This document shows, in pieces, positions 50,452-63,573 of a stretch of 64,000 nucleotides of DNA. The notes under the pieces are model-generated. The model had not been told where the DNA came from. It did not search any database and was given only the letters and a program-made list of their open reading frames with translations. The first letter of the stretch is position 1, and each line of letters starts with the position of its first letter. This stretch comes from Lingula anatina (lineage: Eukaryota > Animalia > Brachiopoda), in NCBI GenBank assembly GCA_051362555.1, contig CM120647.1, positions 8,370,001-8,434,000 of the forward strand, read 5' to 3'. A program made the position numbers and the translations under genes.

Positions 50452-52020
50452 TAAGATTCCAAAGCAGTTCACCAAACATACAGACATATTTCACAGACAT
50501 GAAAAAAAGGATAACTGAGCAGTGAAAAAAGGTTTTATTGTTTATTAATAAATAATAATGTGTTATAACTACATTCACAGGTTCTCAGCTCATTTTAAGG
50601 CTACCAGTAGAGCAATACTGTGAAAGGCTTATAGGTTGCTGATGTAATAATCTTTTTATAGATTCTCATCTCCATTCATTTTAATCATTTATGATTTTAT
50701 ATAGACTTTTTGAAGGGTCTAAGTTAATATTTGTTTCAAAGAAACTTATTTGAGTCACTGTAGTAAATTGCTTTGAGGGACCAAGGTCTTATACTGCTGG
50801 AAGTATATTATTTATACTGATTCTGGATATTATAGCGACAGAAAAAGTGTGAGAAAATGAGCTCGGGTATTTACGCAATAAATTTGAAGTGTGAATTAAT
50901 AATTTCTGCCCCCCCCTCCACCCCCACCCCCAGGAAAAGGATTTAGTAATAGTTGATAATGCTGATTTGAAAGTTTAAAAAGCTGTGTTTCCTATTTAAA
51001 ATGTGAAGCTTATTCTAGATTTGCCATATCAGAGCTGTAAGCATTTCAAATACTGGTACTTCATTTATACATTATTTGTATATTTAGTTTCTTTGGACAT
51101 GACATTTATGGTGCCTTTTATCTCATTTTAGTGCAACTGGGTTCTCTTGGAGAAAATGTGTTAAGACAGATATACCAGTAGTGATATTTAAAAAGGAATT
51201 GTATTTTGTAATGAGGCATTGAATATAAGGGCATTTTTTATATTGGTTTAATTTATTTATTTATTTATTCATTTATTAGTTTCTTTGGGAGTTAAATTTA
51301 TTTTGCTTTTTATTTCCTTTTACTACAATGCTTTAATCCTCAGAAAATGTTGTAATGGGTGAAGTCATAAACAAGAATTTAATGGTATCATATAAAGACA
51401 TTTTCTTTAATTTATTTGTGTACTTTTTATTTTATTATTTATTTGCAATTCTTTATTTATTTATTTATTTGTTTGTTTAATTATTTAATGAAAGCAAAAC
51501 AAGTTTTAAAATTTAAATGCATTTTTATTGCAAATAACTTGCATTGTGAAACACAACATGATCAAATTTTAAATCTCCCATAGAGTATGGTAGTGGTAAA
51601 ATCAGCTGGCATTTATAATTAATTGTTAATTATTCCCAGATGTAAAAGAAATGCTAAAATAACTCGAACAAATGGAATAAAACAGAGACAGGGTATATTT
51701 AAAAAGAAAATATTGTTTATTATTAAAAGAATATTTATTGTCATCCCATTGTTCATCAGATCTATATACACCACCAGTGAAATCGTAACAAAGAAAGTTT
51801 TAACTTCACATGAAAGTTCCTCACATGTTCACTTTTTAGCAAGGTTTATTTCTCAGTCCTGCATGTGCTCTCGTTGAAGTTCGTTGACTATTGAAGTTTG
51901 TTCAGCCAGTAATGAATAATAAGTAAAGTCAATGTGAATGCTGTCTATTGTATATCTGCCATAAAGGTTTTTTTTATTGATTTTTTTTTTTTAGTGAAAG
52001 TTTTCGTTCCTTTCTGCAAG

Positions 52021-52067
52021 TCACTGGCATCTGTCATACTGGTCTCCATCGAGTGTCCCTCTGTTAC
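52021..52067 (-). CDS. Orphan gene A, putative terminal exon (NRGTLDGDQYDRCQ*)
   Basis: tatttttag acceptor, phase 1 matches the donor at 52893, AATAAA about 45 bp downstream on the minus strand. Confidence 0.4.
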
Positions 52068-52089
52068 CTAAAAATAGAAATACAAGTAA

Positions 52090-52307
52090 GGGTGCATTCA
52101 GAACACGATGATCCGCAGACTTGCAGATTGTAGGATCAAGTATGGCTGGCCAACTTGAAAGCTTGTCGCCAAATAGACCCCAAATAGACACTGAATAGAT
52201 TTCAAGCAGGGTTTATGCGGTAAGTTGTCAAGTGTGTAGGCCATATCATTATCTGTAAGTCCGCTGATCTGCTAGCTTGTGCATCAACTTTGGTTGTGAA
52301 AGCTTCC
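52090..52307. mobile_element. Degenerate MITE, TSD TAA (family of 38892/46850)
   Basis: gcattcagaac..gatccgc start, ggccatat..ccgctgatctgctag end, TAA flanks. Confidence 0.65.
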
Positions 52308-52893
52308 TAAATTTTATGCAGTTATTAGGGACTCTTTTTAACTAACTTAATAATTTATTTTTAAATCTTTTTTTCTTCAAGTCGATGATAATGATAATTT
52401 ATTTTTTCAATTGCACTCCAGTTAGTTTAATTGAGTTAGTTTTACAACAAATACAAAAAATAACTGAATGTAAGTGCACACAAGACGTAATTGAACAGTG
52501 TTAGGAGTTAGTGGCATGTTTAAAATAATTTGGATCAATATCTTGGAATTTTTTTTAAATGTTCTGCATTATAAAAGAATTTTGGAAGTTCCTTTTCATC
52601 TTTGTTAAGCACCACAAACTTGTTATCCATAAGTTTTCTCATACTTCTTAATACCGTTCTGAATCAAGAATATAAATTAGATTCTGTAAAATATAAAACA
52701 TAGACAAGCATATACATATGTAAAACTCAATTTAAGTATTAATTCCCTTTCACATAAAAAATACGAAATGAATACAGTTCAAAAGTATCTGTTTATCAGG
52801 AATTGTAGCATTTTAATGTAAAAGTTAATACTTTGATGAAGAAAACAATTAAACAAAATTTGACTTGGGAGACTTTGAGAAGCGTTCACTTAC

Positions 52894-53369
52894 GGGGCGG
52901 CCTAGAGGGGTGAAGTCCTGCCGCTCTTTGGCGGCTTATCGGCCTGAGCCTGCCAGTCATCTGTGGACCTTGAGGCTGTCTCTGTATACCCAGCCGTCTT
53001 TGCACTGCGGATTGCACTGTGGAGTACTCCCAATCCGGAGGCCGTGCAAAATAATTGGAGGTTTCGGCAAGCGAGAGCATTTTCGGGGCGCCACATCTTC
53101 CCCCTTGCGTGGCTTTTGTGGCCTCGCGCTGCAGGAGCGCCCCCTCTCGTCCGATTTGATTTTTCCCTTGCAGCTGTGGCCCCAGGTCAAAAATTGCGAC
53201 CGGAGTCACAGGTCTAGCTAACGGCCGTATTTTCTCAGGGCGTGGAGCTGACGGCCTATTGGGGAAGAGGGTATTACCTCTTCCCAGTGCAAGGGGGACG
53301 GGTGTTTTCGCGGCAAACCGCTCTGTGTGCTCGTGGATAAGCGGTAGTTTCCCCTCTCTACGGTTCTCT
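52894..53369 (-). CDS. Orphan gene A, large Pro/Arg-rich exon (158 open codons: ...PVPLALGRGNTLFPNRPSAPRPEKIRPLARPVTPVAIFDLGP...PKMLSLAET...HPSRPP)
   Basis: ttttaag acceptor, GTAAGT donor, no stops; alignment to the paralog at 57.4 kb shows many synonymous third-position changes in this frame. Confidence 0.6.
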
Positions 53370-53607
53370 CTTAAAATTAAACAGTAATAATAATAATAAT
53401 AATAATAAACAGCTGCTACTTTCTTCTCATTTATTTTATTTTAATCAATGTGCTTAGCTTAACTTTTTATTTAATAAGATCCCAAATCTCAAAAGAAATG
53501 CCTAGTAATCAGAAAACCAGGCATATTCTTTTTTTCTTTTGAAAAACCCATTCAGTGATAGATAGGCCTATGGGTTGCGTAGACATTGCCTATTTAAGGC
53601 CTAATAA

Positions 53608-53652
<45 letters not shown>

Positions 53653-54654
53653 CGCAACATTTTAAATAGTTGTGGTTGAAGTTATGTACGCACGTATCCT
53701 CAGAGCCGGTACTTCAAGTTTTAAATGGGGCACTTTTAAATTATGTAGATCTAGGTCTAATAAATGGTTCTTCGTCAAAAATATCTGCTACATGTCCTAG
53801 TGCAATGAAGTTGTAATGACGTGACGTCATTAGTACGTAGAGCTCGAGGCACGTACTCGAGCACGTCCCTCACGGCGCGTTTCTTACCATAATCATTTCC
53901 CCTTCTAGCTAAACTATGCTAGCAATAGATCTAGTCTAAGTATTATTACTGATGCATCGGCATTCCAGATGTCATATATTATCCAAGCTATCGGCCCCTA
54001 GACCTTCTTCAGGGATTATCCTTCGGGCTAGCACAAAGGTTTTCTAGTAGTCAAATAATTGCTCATTTCATACAGCCCTGTCTGCGGATGATCTAGTCTA
54101 GATGTTTATTAATTTTTATTGATTTTCATAAGGTAAGTCATTTTGATCCTTACGAATATCAAATGCACCTCGATTTGTAAAATTTTCTGTTTTAATTCCT
54201 ATCTCCTGGCGCATTTTAGTAAAAAGACTTAGATGTTACCTTCCGTGCGATAAAGAAAACAAATGAAAATGTATAAATTCGCTCCAAGTTTTTTAGATTA
54301 GATAAGCGTTGATTTCCTATTCAGGTTCCAACTGGATGCTCTTTATCGGACTCTTCCTCCAAAACTAGCTTGTGACTTCCGATGATGTTAATTTCAGACC
54401 TATAATTGTCATATTTGAGTTCCTGGTCATCCCACCACAAGTGTTTCACGACCTTTCTTATTATAGTTGCTGAAATGTTGATTTTTTCAAATCTCACATA
54501 GATATCTTATCATTGAATACGCTGATAAAAGACTTCGCTTGTTATTGCATAATAACACTATACTTACTCATCCACCATATAAATAGGTTTAATTTTTCTA
54601 TTTGTCATATAATTTGTCATTTTCACAACAATCGCACTCGTCAAAACAGCAACG

Positions 54655-54714
54655 TGACCTCACGTCAGACGTCAAGGTACGAATTGGCTAGTGGGGCCTA
54701 GTTACCATGACAAC
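54655..54714. promoter_or_regulatory. Putative promoter of orphan gene A: CRE-like sites and RFX X-box GTTACCATGACAAC
   Basis: X-box at 54701-54714; TGACCTCA and ACGTCA elements at 54656-54674; minus-strand donor GTAAGT at 54567 just downstream. Confidence 0.45.
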
Positions 54715-55834
54715 TAGCCTCGAAACAATGAAAGTAAATAATTTTTTACCAAAACATTGATGGTTTTGGATGATTGTCCCGAAAATAACGACAATATCAA
54801 ATCGTGTAAATTTTTTCAAAGACATTTGTCAGGTTTTGTGGGAAATTAAAACCTAAGTGAAAATCTCGATTAATCTCAATCCAGCCGTGACGTAATATCA
54901 TTTACTATGTTACAGAGCGTAACGATACTTTTGTTCACCTATCGGTAGATTCCCAATAAACAGGGGCCTAACGCATTCAGTTTCAATTTTGGTTGAAATT
55001 AAAATAGAAATATTTTTGAAAGATCTTCCAATATATCTGACCTTGCTGTTTACTTGGTTTCATCTCAATCACTGTCAAATGTTATATCTGCAACGGTATA
55101 TTCAACCCAAACATACCCAACGACTAGGTGTAAATATGGGATTTTTTTTACTGATTTATATATAAATATATATCATTTACCCTGCGATAAGCTTCCTTTT
55201 TTATTAGAGCCCATCCTTTACACAACTGAATTCTAAATGTGCATGTGGTGTTGATGATTTTGAGAGACATTTTTGTTAGGGAGTTCAGGGCACGTTGCAT
55301 GCACTCCATATGTAGTGTAAATAATAGTGTTTTTTTATTTCTTTCTCACGATTTATTTTAAATCAAGCCAAACCGGTCAATTGATGACAGCAGTTATAAA
55401 CAAAATAAAAAAAGGTATTTACGAGAAGGCTGGACGACTAAATGAGCAGCCCTATAGAAAATGTCCAACCTTTTAATATCATCATCCACCCACCTGTCTT
55501 CAACCTCCCTTTTCAACCTGTATTTACAACTTGATAATTTTTTTGTTAATTTGTTGTATTGTATACTTAGGTTCATTCACCCCGCTAAAACAATGCATAT
55601 GGGGGTTAATTTTTTTTAATTGTTATACAGTTGTAGACTTGTAGTCGAGATAACAAATAAAACACCAGTCAATGAATATAAGCGAGATTACTTGATTTTT
55701 TATATCCTCTCCCCTGCTAATATGCCTTTTATATTTTTTCTTTCCAAATCTGACGCTCGTTGAATATTATAAAACCAGCAAAAAAAGTAACAAGCCAACC
55801 AATGTGTTTATATGAAAATTTAATGGCATACATG

Positions 55835-55915
<81 letters not shown>

Positions 55916-56301
55916 ATGTGTGTTTGTGTGGTTTTTGACAAGTTTCGGTATCTCTTTTGCTCAACTTCCCGGAGTACTTCTTTACCTATATATTTGAACA
56001 CGTAGGTCTAATTGTTTAGGAATAACTTGTGCTGGAACAAAAGAGGAAAATATGTGTTTGAATTTAAACAAGACCCGTTGTTTCATTAACATTATTCTTA
56101 TTCAATGCTAACTTCAAAAACTTTCAAATCGATGATATGGAATCCAAAGACTTTGTAAACCAAACAAATATGAATGTTTTTAATATAAATTGAAAACAAA
56201 TACAGGCACTGGTCAAATCCATCTTTATCATACATATCCACAAAGAAATTATAAATCAAAATAATAATTTGCATTGAATATATTCATTTGCATTTACTTA
56301 C

Positions 56302-57913
56302 AGGGAGGTCTGGGAGGAGACCGTCCCGTCTTCCATTGAGCCGGTCTGGGCCTATATGGTCTTTGGTCATCTACTTACAGCAGCCCAGAGCTACCAGTTG
56401 GCTACATGTGACCTGTCCTTGCCTTTGCACAATCATCTTTCTTGGAACAGCACAGCTCACTTCGCTGTAGCTTGTGGACGCCCGAAGTTGTTTGCAGTCT
56501 TCTTCAAGAAGAGAATTACAGTACTCAAGACACCCGGTGCGACCTTGACAACCTTGACATCCACGCTCGAGCGATTTCTCCTGTGGATCTTTAATGGCTG
56601 GTTCCAGGTCATAGATAGTGACCGCAGTGGTTACAGGACGTCCCAGAGACCGCAGAAAATCTGGCTTCTAAGAAGGGCCCGAGAATGCTGGCGTTGTGAT
56701 GCGGTAGCACACATTTTCGATTGTATGCAGTCTAAACCTTCTATCTTTATAATTTCTTTTTCCTTAAAAAAGTGGGTGAAACAGCCAGAAAGCTGCACAA
56801 CGTGCTCCTGTTCTTTACATAAACTCTTTTTCGTTGGAACAGCAGGACGTAGACAGTCTCCGACAACGGAAGAACTTTGGGTCCCAGCACCCCTGGGTAA
56901 TTTCAGCCTTTTCCTTGACGCAGCAACCCCTCTCGAACAACTTCTCCCGTCGGCATGAAACTTTAATTTTAGATCAGTTATTGTAAAGGAGATCACAGAG
57001 CGTCCGAGAGGGTGCAGAAAATCAAAGCGCGCTGGCGTCGGGGCTCTTGTAGCTCTCATTTTCGACTGTTGGCAGTCTCCTCTCTCTTTGTAACTTTTTA
57101 TCTTAAAATAATGGATGAAGCGTCCAGTAAACTGTGAGCCGTGCTTCCGTCTTTGCATAAACACTTCTTGATACAGAGGAGTTAGATACAGTGAACATGG
57201 ACAGTCTCCGCCAAGGAAAGCACTTTGGGGCCACCGCCTCTCCTGCCCCCTGGTGTGGTTTTTGTGACCCCGCTTGTGTGGCTTCTCTCGTCTGCTTGAA
57301 CCTTGCAAGTTTGATTGAAGATCAATATTTGCGGTCGTTGGTCATTCCAGATCTTGTGTGGGCCTCTCACTTCAGGTTTGTGGGCTGTTGGTCTATTTGG
57401 GAAGAGTTTGTTCCCTCTAACCATCACAAGAGGCACAGAAGACAGAATGCGTGGTTGTTCAAGCCGTGGCAAATGGCGGCAGTCTCCCCTCATTTGCTAC
57501 TCTCCTTTATAATACAATTTTAATACAATTTCTTCGTTTGCTTATTATCTATTTTCATTTCTTTTTTACTTATTTATTGATTATCGTCATTGGGCTGCAA
57601 TTTGAGAATTGTCAACATTTAAAAATATTTTTTATTGCTTAACTTAAGGCCTATAAAGGCAAATATTTTTTCTCCTTCGCCTCCCCTCTTCTCCGCCTCC
57701 ACTGATAATAATAATTGATGAGGCGTGCAACCTGTGCAACCTGCTTCTGACTTTGCACAAACATTCTCCTTGGTACAGAAGAGTAATATGTTGAACGTGG
57801 ACGTCTCCGCTCTGGATAACATTTGGGTTCAGTGCCTCTGGTGCTTCTTGCAGTGTCCTTGTCAATTCTCTCTTGATATACATGTACTTGGCCAAAACAG
57901 TTCGGAAACATGG
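56302..57913 (-). pseudogene. Orphan gene B, decayed tandem paralog of gene A (exons about 57741-57913 and 56302-57504) with three internal domain repeats
   Basis: Shared peptides VPLVMVRGNKLFPNRPTAHKPE, PKVLSLAET, RSLGRPVTTAVTIYDLEP and terminal RPP|GTAAGT; frameshifts and in-frame stops. Confidence 0.6.
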
Positions 57914-58422
57914 CTATTTTGAATAGTTATTATATTATATATATATGTAGAATACACAAATGAACTAAGGTAAATATCGTTACCAGATATTGATGGTTAA
58001 TACACCCACCATTCGTTACTTTTATATATTCACTGAAGACTTTCCCACTACGTTCCATACTTATTTGACCACTGAAAAACAGTTTCTTTTTCTATACTTT
58101 TTTGGTCGAGTGCCCTTTCCTCTGAATAAAATTTAAAAGTTTTTTTGAAAAGTGAAAATATTGTCTTATTATTCATCTGTTTTTTTTTTTCTATTTTATT
58201 TGCAATTGAAAATAAAAATTCATGCAACATGGAATGATTCTATTGGTGTTTATACAACGACAGTCCACAAGTCACGCTGCACTACGTCAACTCGTAATTA
58301 TTATAATTTATACCGCCATGGTTATCTACTGGTTTCTTTTCCGCTTTGATAGATCTAAACGCCTATCAATAACAAAATCAAAATTCTCTATCTACAGGCT
58401 GTGTCTCCCCTGTATAGCCATA

Positions 58423-59220
58423 GGGGAGACCGGGGCTAGTTGGAGCCCGGGGGGAAGTTGGCCCCAGTCAATTTATGAAAAAGTAGCTACGAGGTAAAAA
58501 AAAAATGGCCACATATTCCTTTTTTTTCTTTTGTTTTTTTCTTTTTATTTCCAGAATATACCAATAATACACTAAATAATAACTAGGATAATTAACTAAA
58601 CCTCTCACTCCCATATACACGCACACATGCCTCTCACATTTGGAGCAACTACATATGATTATCATTGTGACTTTGTCATTTCTATCAAGGTATAAAAAAT
58701 ATAAATGTAGTATACTATCACTTTTTACAACCACTATTTACAGAAAGGTAGACAATAGGCTAATAAGTCTAAGATACAAGGCTTTTTTGAGCCGTAATAA
58801 AATAAATATATGAATATATAAAAATACTAGTGTGAAGAAAAAAGAAACAAAGTGTAGACTTAATATAAATTACATTTATAATGGACAAAATGGCCACATA
58901 TTCTTGTAAAGTGACCGTAGGGTACAATGCTAAGGAAGTGTCGGCCGTAAAAAAGTTTTACTGAAGCGGTGAGTCCAAATAAACGATTTTTGCACTTAAA
59001 AGTGATTTTGTTTAAGAGATTAAAAATCTATTTTTATATGCTTTTGATCGAATAAAGTATATGTATGGGGCATCATACTAAAGCTAATTGTTTGAAATTT
59101 TACAAAAATGTTTTAACCCAGTCCATTCTTGCACCATAAACGGCTGCAATCCTTAAATACAAAAATTGTGTACCTGGGGCTAGTTGCCCCCCTTGGCTCG
59201 GGACAGTTGGACCCTCACAT
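58423..59220. mobile_element. Fragment of a non-autonomous DNA transposon (TA-GGGGAGACCGGGGCTAGTTG end, Tc1/pogo-like)
   Basis: Terminal motif after TA, with the sub-terminal repeat ggggctagttg repeated near 59175; the other end was not found. Confidence 0.35.
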
Positions 59221-59950
59221 AGACCACATTTCAATTAACTTATTTTAAAAGAGATTTTATGTCTTCATTGAAGATATTAATGAATGCAACCTTTAAATTA
59301 ACATATGTTACTAAAATGCCGATAATGGATATCAATATTTCAATATTTCAAGCAAAGATTTTTTGGAGTTCTGTTGGTTTGATATGTTTGTAAATAAAAA
59401 GATTCTGTCTTTTTCTTTAGTTGAAAAAAATATCTAAAATTTTTCATGAGTCAAAACTTCACTTAAGGAAACAAGCTTATTCACTTAAGGAAACAAGAGC
59501 ACTATTATGGGAATGTCAGTTAAAATGACTTCTACCTATAAAGATTATGGTTATAAGTTTCACTTTCTCTATATGAAAACACATAAAAAAACGTGGGTTG
59601 TTTGTTGTTTTTTCTTCTAAATCTTATTTTGAATTAATTTTGTAAGCCATAGATCTAGCATTATAGAAAATGCACTGCTAGTTGAACAATGGCAATATAA
59701 GCACTCGAGCACTTGAGCTTGCCGGTTGAAAAGGGTTAACATCTTGACCGGTGTAACATAAATTTAAGTAACAAATGACCAAAATATAAGAATGGGGTTT
59801 AAATTATTAAAAGTAGGCTCTGATAGAGGGACACTACCTACTTTTGTAAAGCACACTGTTTAAATTTGTCATGATTAGAGGAAATGAGCAGGTATTATTG
59901 GCCAAGACAAGAGCAACACCAATCTAAATTCTTACATTTTCAGACATTAA

Positions 59951-60163
59951 GGGACCGTTCACATGCAAAAAAAATCTATTTTCTATTCGCGGTATCTTGT
60001 GATCACGGTCTGTGCCCTGAATACCCCGCGGCGTAATTACTGGCAGCCCGAGCCAGTTACTTCCAAAGCTGTAATTATTCTCGGCTGCGCTCGAAGTGAT
60101 CACAAGATACCGCGAATAGAAAATAGATTTTTAGAAAATAGATCTTTCATGTGAACGGAGTCC
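59951..60163. mobile_element. Hairpin MITE with about 55-bp TIR
   Basis: aatctattttctattcgcggtatcttgtgatcac / gtgatcacaagataccgcgaatagaaaatagatt perfect arms; ccgttcacatg / catgtgaacgg ends. Confidence 0.85.
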
Positions 60164-60762
60164 AATATATCGCAAAAAAAAAAGATCTCTTGTATTTTAT
60201 CACCCTAATGCGCCTTTATAAACACATATAGGTTTTACAGTCATAGGACCTCTACCAGTGGGTAAATCGCCATGCTCAAATATGGTTTTGGTAGGGTAAA
60301 AAATGTGGGTACAGTGTGGACTAGGTGGGTGATAATTTTTGTTTGAATGTCTTGGGAGGAAGAATATTGATTGACAAATAACTAGATAACTAGATAAGGG
60401 GAAAATAAGCATATATATATATGTGTGTTGCATGTCTGCTGACTGAAAATATGGTTCGCAAGCTGGAAAAATCCAAAATTGGGCATTAATCCCTTGAAAT
60501 ACGGTTTTGGGGCCTAACATTCGGCAGAAATTAAAAGGGTCCCCAGGCAAGTATTTCAGCCCAATAAAGTCACATTCTGTGAACCTTCATCTCGCTGCAC
60601 TTTTCTGCTGCTTAAAAGAAGTGGCACTTAAAAGAGATAAGAGGACCAAATATCTTGTATCGGTAAAGCCAAGACAAGGGTCAACGATGATACAACGTGT
60701 TTGCTTTGTGTTCACTTTGCGTCACTTAAATATTGACAACCTTTCTAGACCTACCGGATAAC

Positions 60763-60890
60763 TGTGGTGTGTCGACAACAAAATGTAAACAATGAACGTG
60801 CCGTTAGAAATTATCATTTCGTACCATTGAGCTGCAAGACAAAAAAAGTGAGTAAGATTTTTATATTACAAATTTAACGGATTAAATTGT
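60763..60890 (+). repeat. Non-coding first exon and donor of the CARD-like gene; duplicated at 63574-63700
   Basis: tcgaca.caaaatgtaaa.aat.aacgtgcc.ttagaaattatcatttcgta...gagctg.aagaca.aaa..GTGAGTAA occurs twice. Confidence 0.7.
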
Positions 60891-61324
60891 GTAATTTTGA
60901 ATTAGACCGATTCATTAAGCGACAGTGTGGTAGGAATGGTAGTCGGGGCTCCAAAATGATGAGTGCAGGTAAGGTTTAGTCAGAGGGCCGCTTTTCAGGA
61001 TGCATATCGCCTGAACCGGAACGGACAACGGTTCCTAGCGGACTGCCAATCCTGTCACTCCGGCTTATTGACCGAAACTTTCTTAAGATATACTCTGCAT
61101 ACTAGTATGAAATACGACGCCACTTTGTTATTTTAACGTCACTTTTGTCATTTCTCCTGCCTGTTTACACAGGTTAGGAAACGATAATTGCACTGAAAAA
61201 CATTTATTGAATTGAGGGCAACAAATCATACTTATGTTTGTCATGAGCTTGCCTGCGTAACTTCATATAATTGTTTTTGTTATTTACAGTAAAACCTCAA
61301 CCATAATCTTCTTTTTCTCCAAAA

Positions 61325-61693
61325 ATGGCCACACCACTGATCGTGGGCACCAACTCCAGAGAACAATGGCGAATCGTTCTAATGTTCTCAACTCTAATAA
61401 CCAGTCTCACTGACTTGAACAAGAACCAGACATTCGCTAACTTACTTCGTGGATATTCCATCTTGTCCGAAGAACAACGCCATATGATTATTTTCATCAC
61501 CGACCCAAAGCGTAAAATAACTGTTCTACTACGGTACCTCTTATCCTACTTGGACGCTCAGCCGGAGGGACTGCGGCGCGTTGCATTTGGAGATTTTCTG
61601 CGAGCCCTTCGCCAAATATCACCGTACCTGGCTGTGGTGACAGAGTTTGGAATCACCAGTCCTCGGCTGTCTGTGGAGTGTACCGAGATGTAA
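61325..61693 (+). CDS. CARD/death-fold-like small protein, 122 aa
   Basis: Acceptor tatttacag at 61289, AAAATGG start context; helical pattern LLRGYSILSEEQ..I....RKITVLL..L....AFGDFLRALRQISPYLA resembles the CARD consensus. Confidence 0.6.
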   Translation: MATPLIVGTNSREQWRIVLMFSTLITSLTDLNKNQTFANLLRGYSILSEEQRHMIIFITDPKRKITVLLRYLLSYLDAQPEGLRRVAFGDFLRALRQISPYLAVVTEFGITSPRLSVECTEM

Positions 61694-62320
61694 AACATTG
61701 TGATAATGTATATGCATTTGGGAAGTGTTTCACTGCAAAGGGCCTAGTAAATCGTCAATAGAAACTCATTCTATGGAACAACGAAATGCACATCTACATC
61801 TTTATCTAAAGGAGATGTTTTACATGGATCGCCCATGTCCGACGCGTCCTTCCTGCAGAGTCCAGCCGACGCAACATAATACAGCTATGTCTTGCGTATC
61901 TCCCCGTACGCATAGATATCAATCAGTCCAATACTTGATACACCTGGATATAAAGGCTACATATAACGGCATTCTCCCACATTCACTTAACGCCATGAAA
62001 CTTTACCTAACGTTTTGATTCGAACACGCTGCTCGTTTGCAGAACCGGGCGTGAGCGTTCTACAATGGATCACCACATATCTCAGCGGCATACATAAGAA
62101 TGGGGTTTTACTGCTGAGTCAAATAGTTTAAATGCTTCGTTGTGGTGGAAGAACCCAAAATACGACTGATATCTCAATATAGCATTCACGGTGGAGTGTA
62201 CCGACATATAAACATTGTGATAATGTATATGCATTTTTGGGAAGTGTTTCACTGCAGAGGGTCTAGTAAATCGTCAATAGAAACACATTCTATGGAACAA
62301 CGAAATGCACATCTACATTC
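61673..62320 (+). repeat. About 127-bp direct repeat (61673-61799 and 62192-62318) covering the ORF stop and 3' UTR start
   Basis: gtggagtgtaccga...gaaatgcacatctacat occurs twice. Confidence 0.9.
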
Positions 62321-63573
62321 GTACTGTTACTCATAAACGTGGTAATATACCGTTCATTGCATGAGGTGAAGTTGAGACGTGGCAGTAATGTAGCTATGTT
62401 ACATGTATATGGTGTGAAAGATGGCTAAGAAAAGATGTTAAGTGTATAAATGGCTTGTATACCAGGGCCATTAAGAATTCATTAGGAGTAAAGGTGACCA
62501 GATCAAACCATTTTTTATCGGTGCTTGTTAAAGCACTTCTAGATCTCCCCAAGTGCCATCAACAAGGCAGTGTTTGACGTTATGATTTTAATAAGGCATT
62601 AATAATACTAGTAGTCGATGGAAATGACATTGTAATGTTTGAACAAAAATGCACATTTATCGCATAATAATTGAATAAAGATGAGAACTCCTTTGGGCGA
62701 TAACCCTATCTTACCTTTAAGCCTACTTTGATAAAACAAACAATAGGCCTACTATTTTTGCTCTGCAGGAGGTTTCAGGTAAACCATCCAAAACACTTTA
62801 ACGATGAGCATTCAAACTGTCTTACAATGATTTACACAATCTCGAAATTATCAGGCCAGAAGGGCCTGAGAGAATTCTCCAATCCAATCGTAGGAGAAGA
62901 TAAATAAATAAATAAATAAAGTTAATAATAACAATATAACCAATCATGATGACTTGAATGAGTGTGTAAATGATATACAGATTGGACGAACAACCCAAAT
63001 AACTTTGATAAGGGATCAAAACCTATCCATACATGACACACACTCATGTTGTAGACAAACAAAGGCCCTGTTGCACTCTACTGCTTATTTCTAGGTAGCT
63101 TTGATTCAATTTTTCCAGGAAGAACAACTTAGTGGATGTGTAATGTTAGTTAGTGACAGCATGCAGCGAATAAGAGCGGGGAGTGTTTTGTAGTGTTACT
63201 TTAGTTGATTGACATGACCTCATTGTACTTATAACGCAGAATGCAATGTAAACGGGGAGAACGATGTAAGAGGTGGAACGGAGAGGAATATATTGTAGAT
63301 AGCGTAGTTAGGAAGCGATAATAAAGAATATGGAAAAACATGGAAATTTTCTTGTTATTACCTCGCGCCACCAGTAAGACAAAGTCAGTAACGTCGTCAC
63401 AAATAGCCTGTTATTCTGTTAACTTACTGTGATAAAAAAGAGCACACATTTAATCCCTGGGCCTGATAGAGGGTGGCACGAGATAAGCCAAGACATGATA
63501 GCTGCTGTGCTAAGACCAGGAAACACAGTATCCTGCTCAGACAAATTAAGATTGCCGTCGAACTAGAACTATC

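Noticed and set aside
56356-56958. 200-aa plus-strand ORF, and viral/Polinton origin for the 52-58 kb GC-rich blocks
   Set aside because: Splice signals and codon-level conservation are on the minus strand; no capsid, polymerase or integrase motifs were seen.
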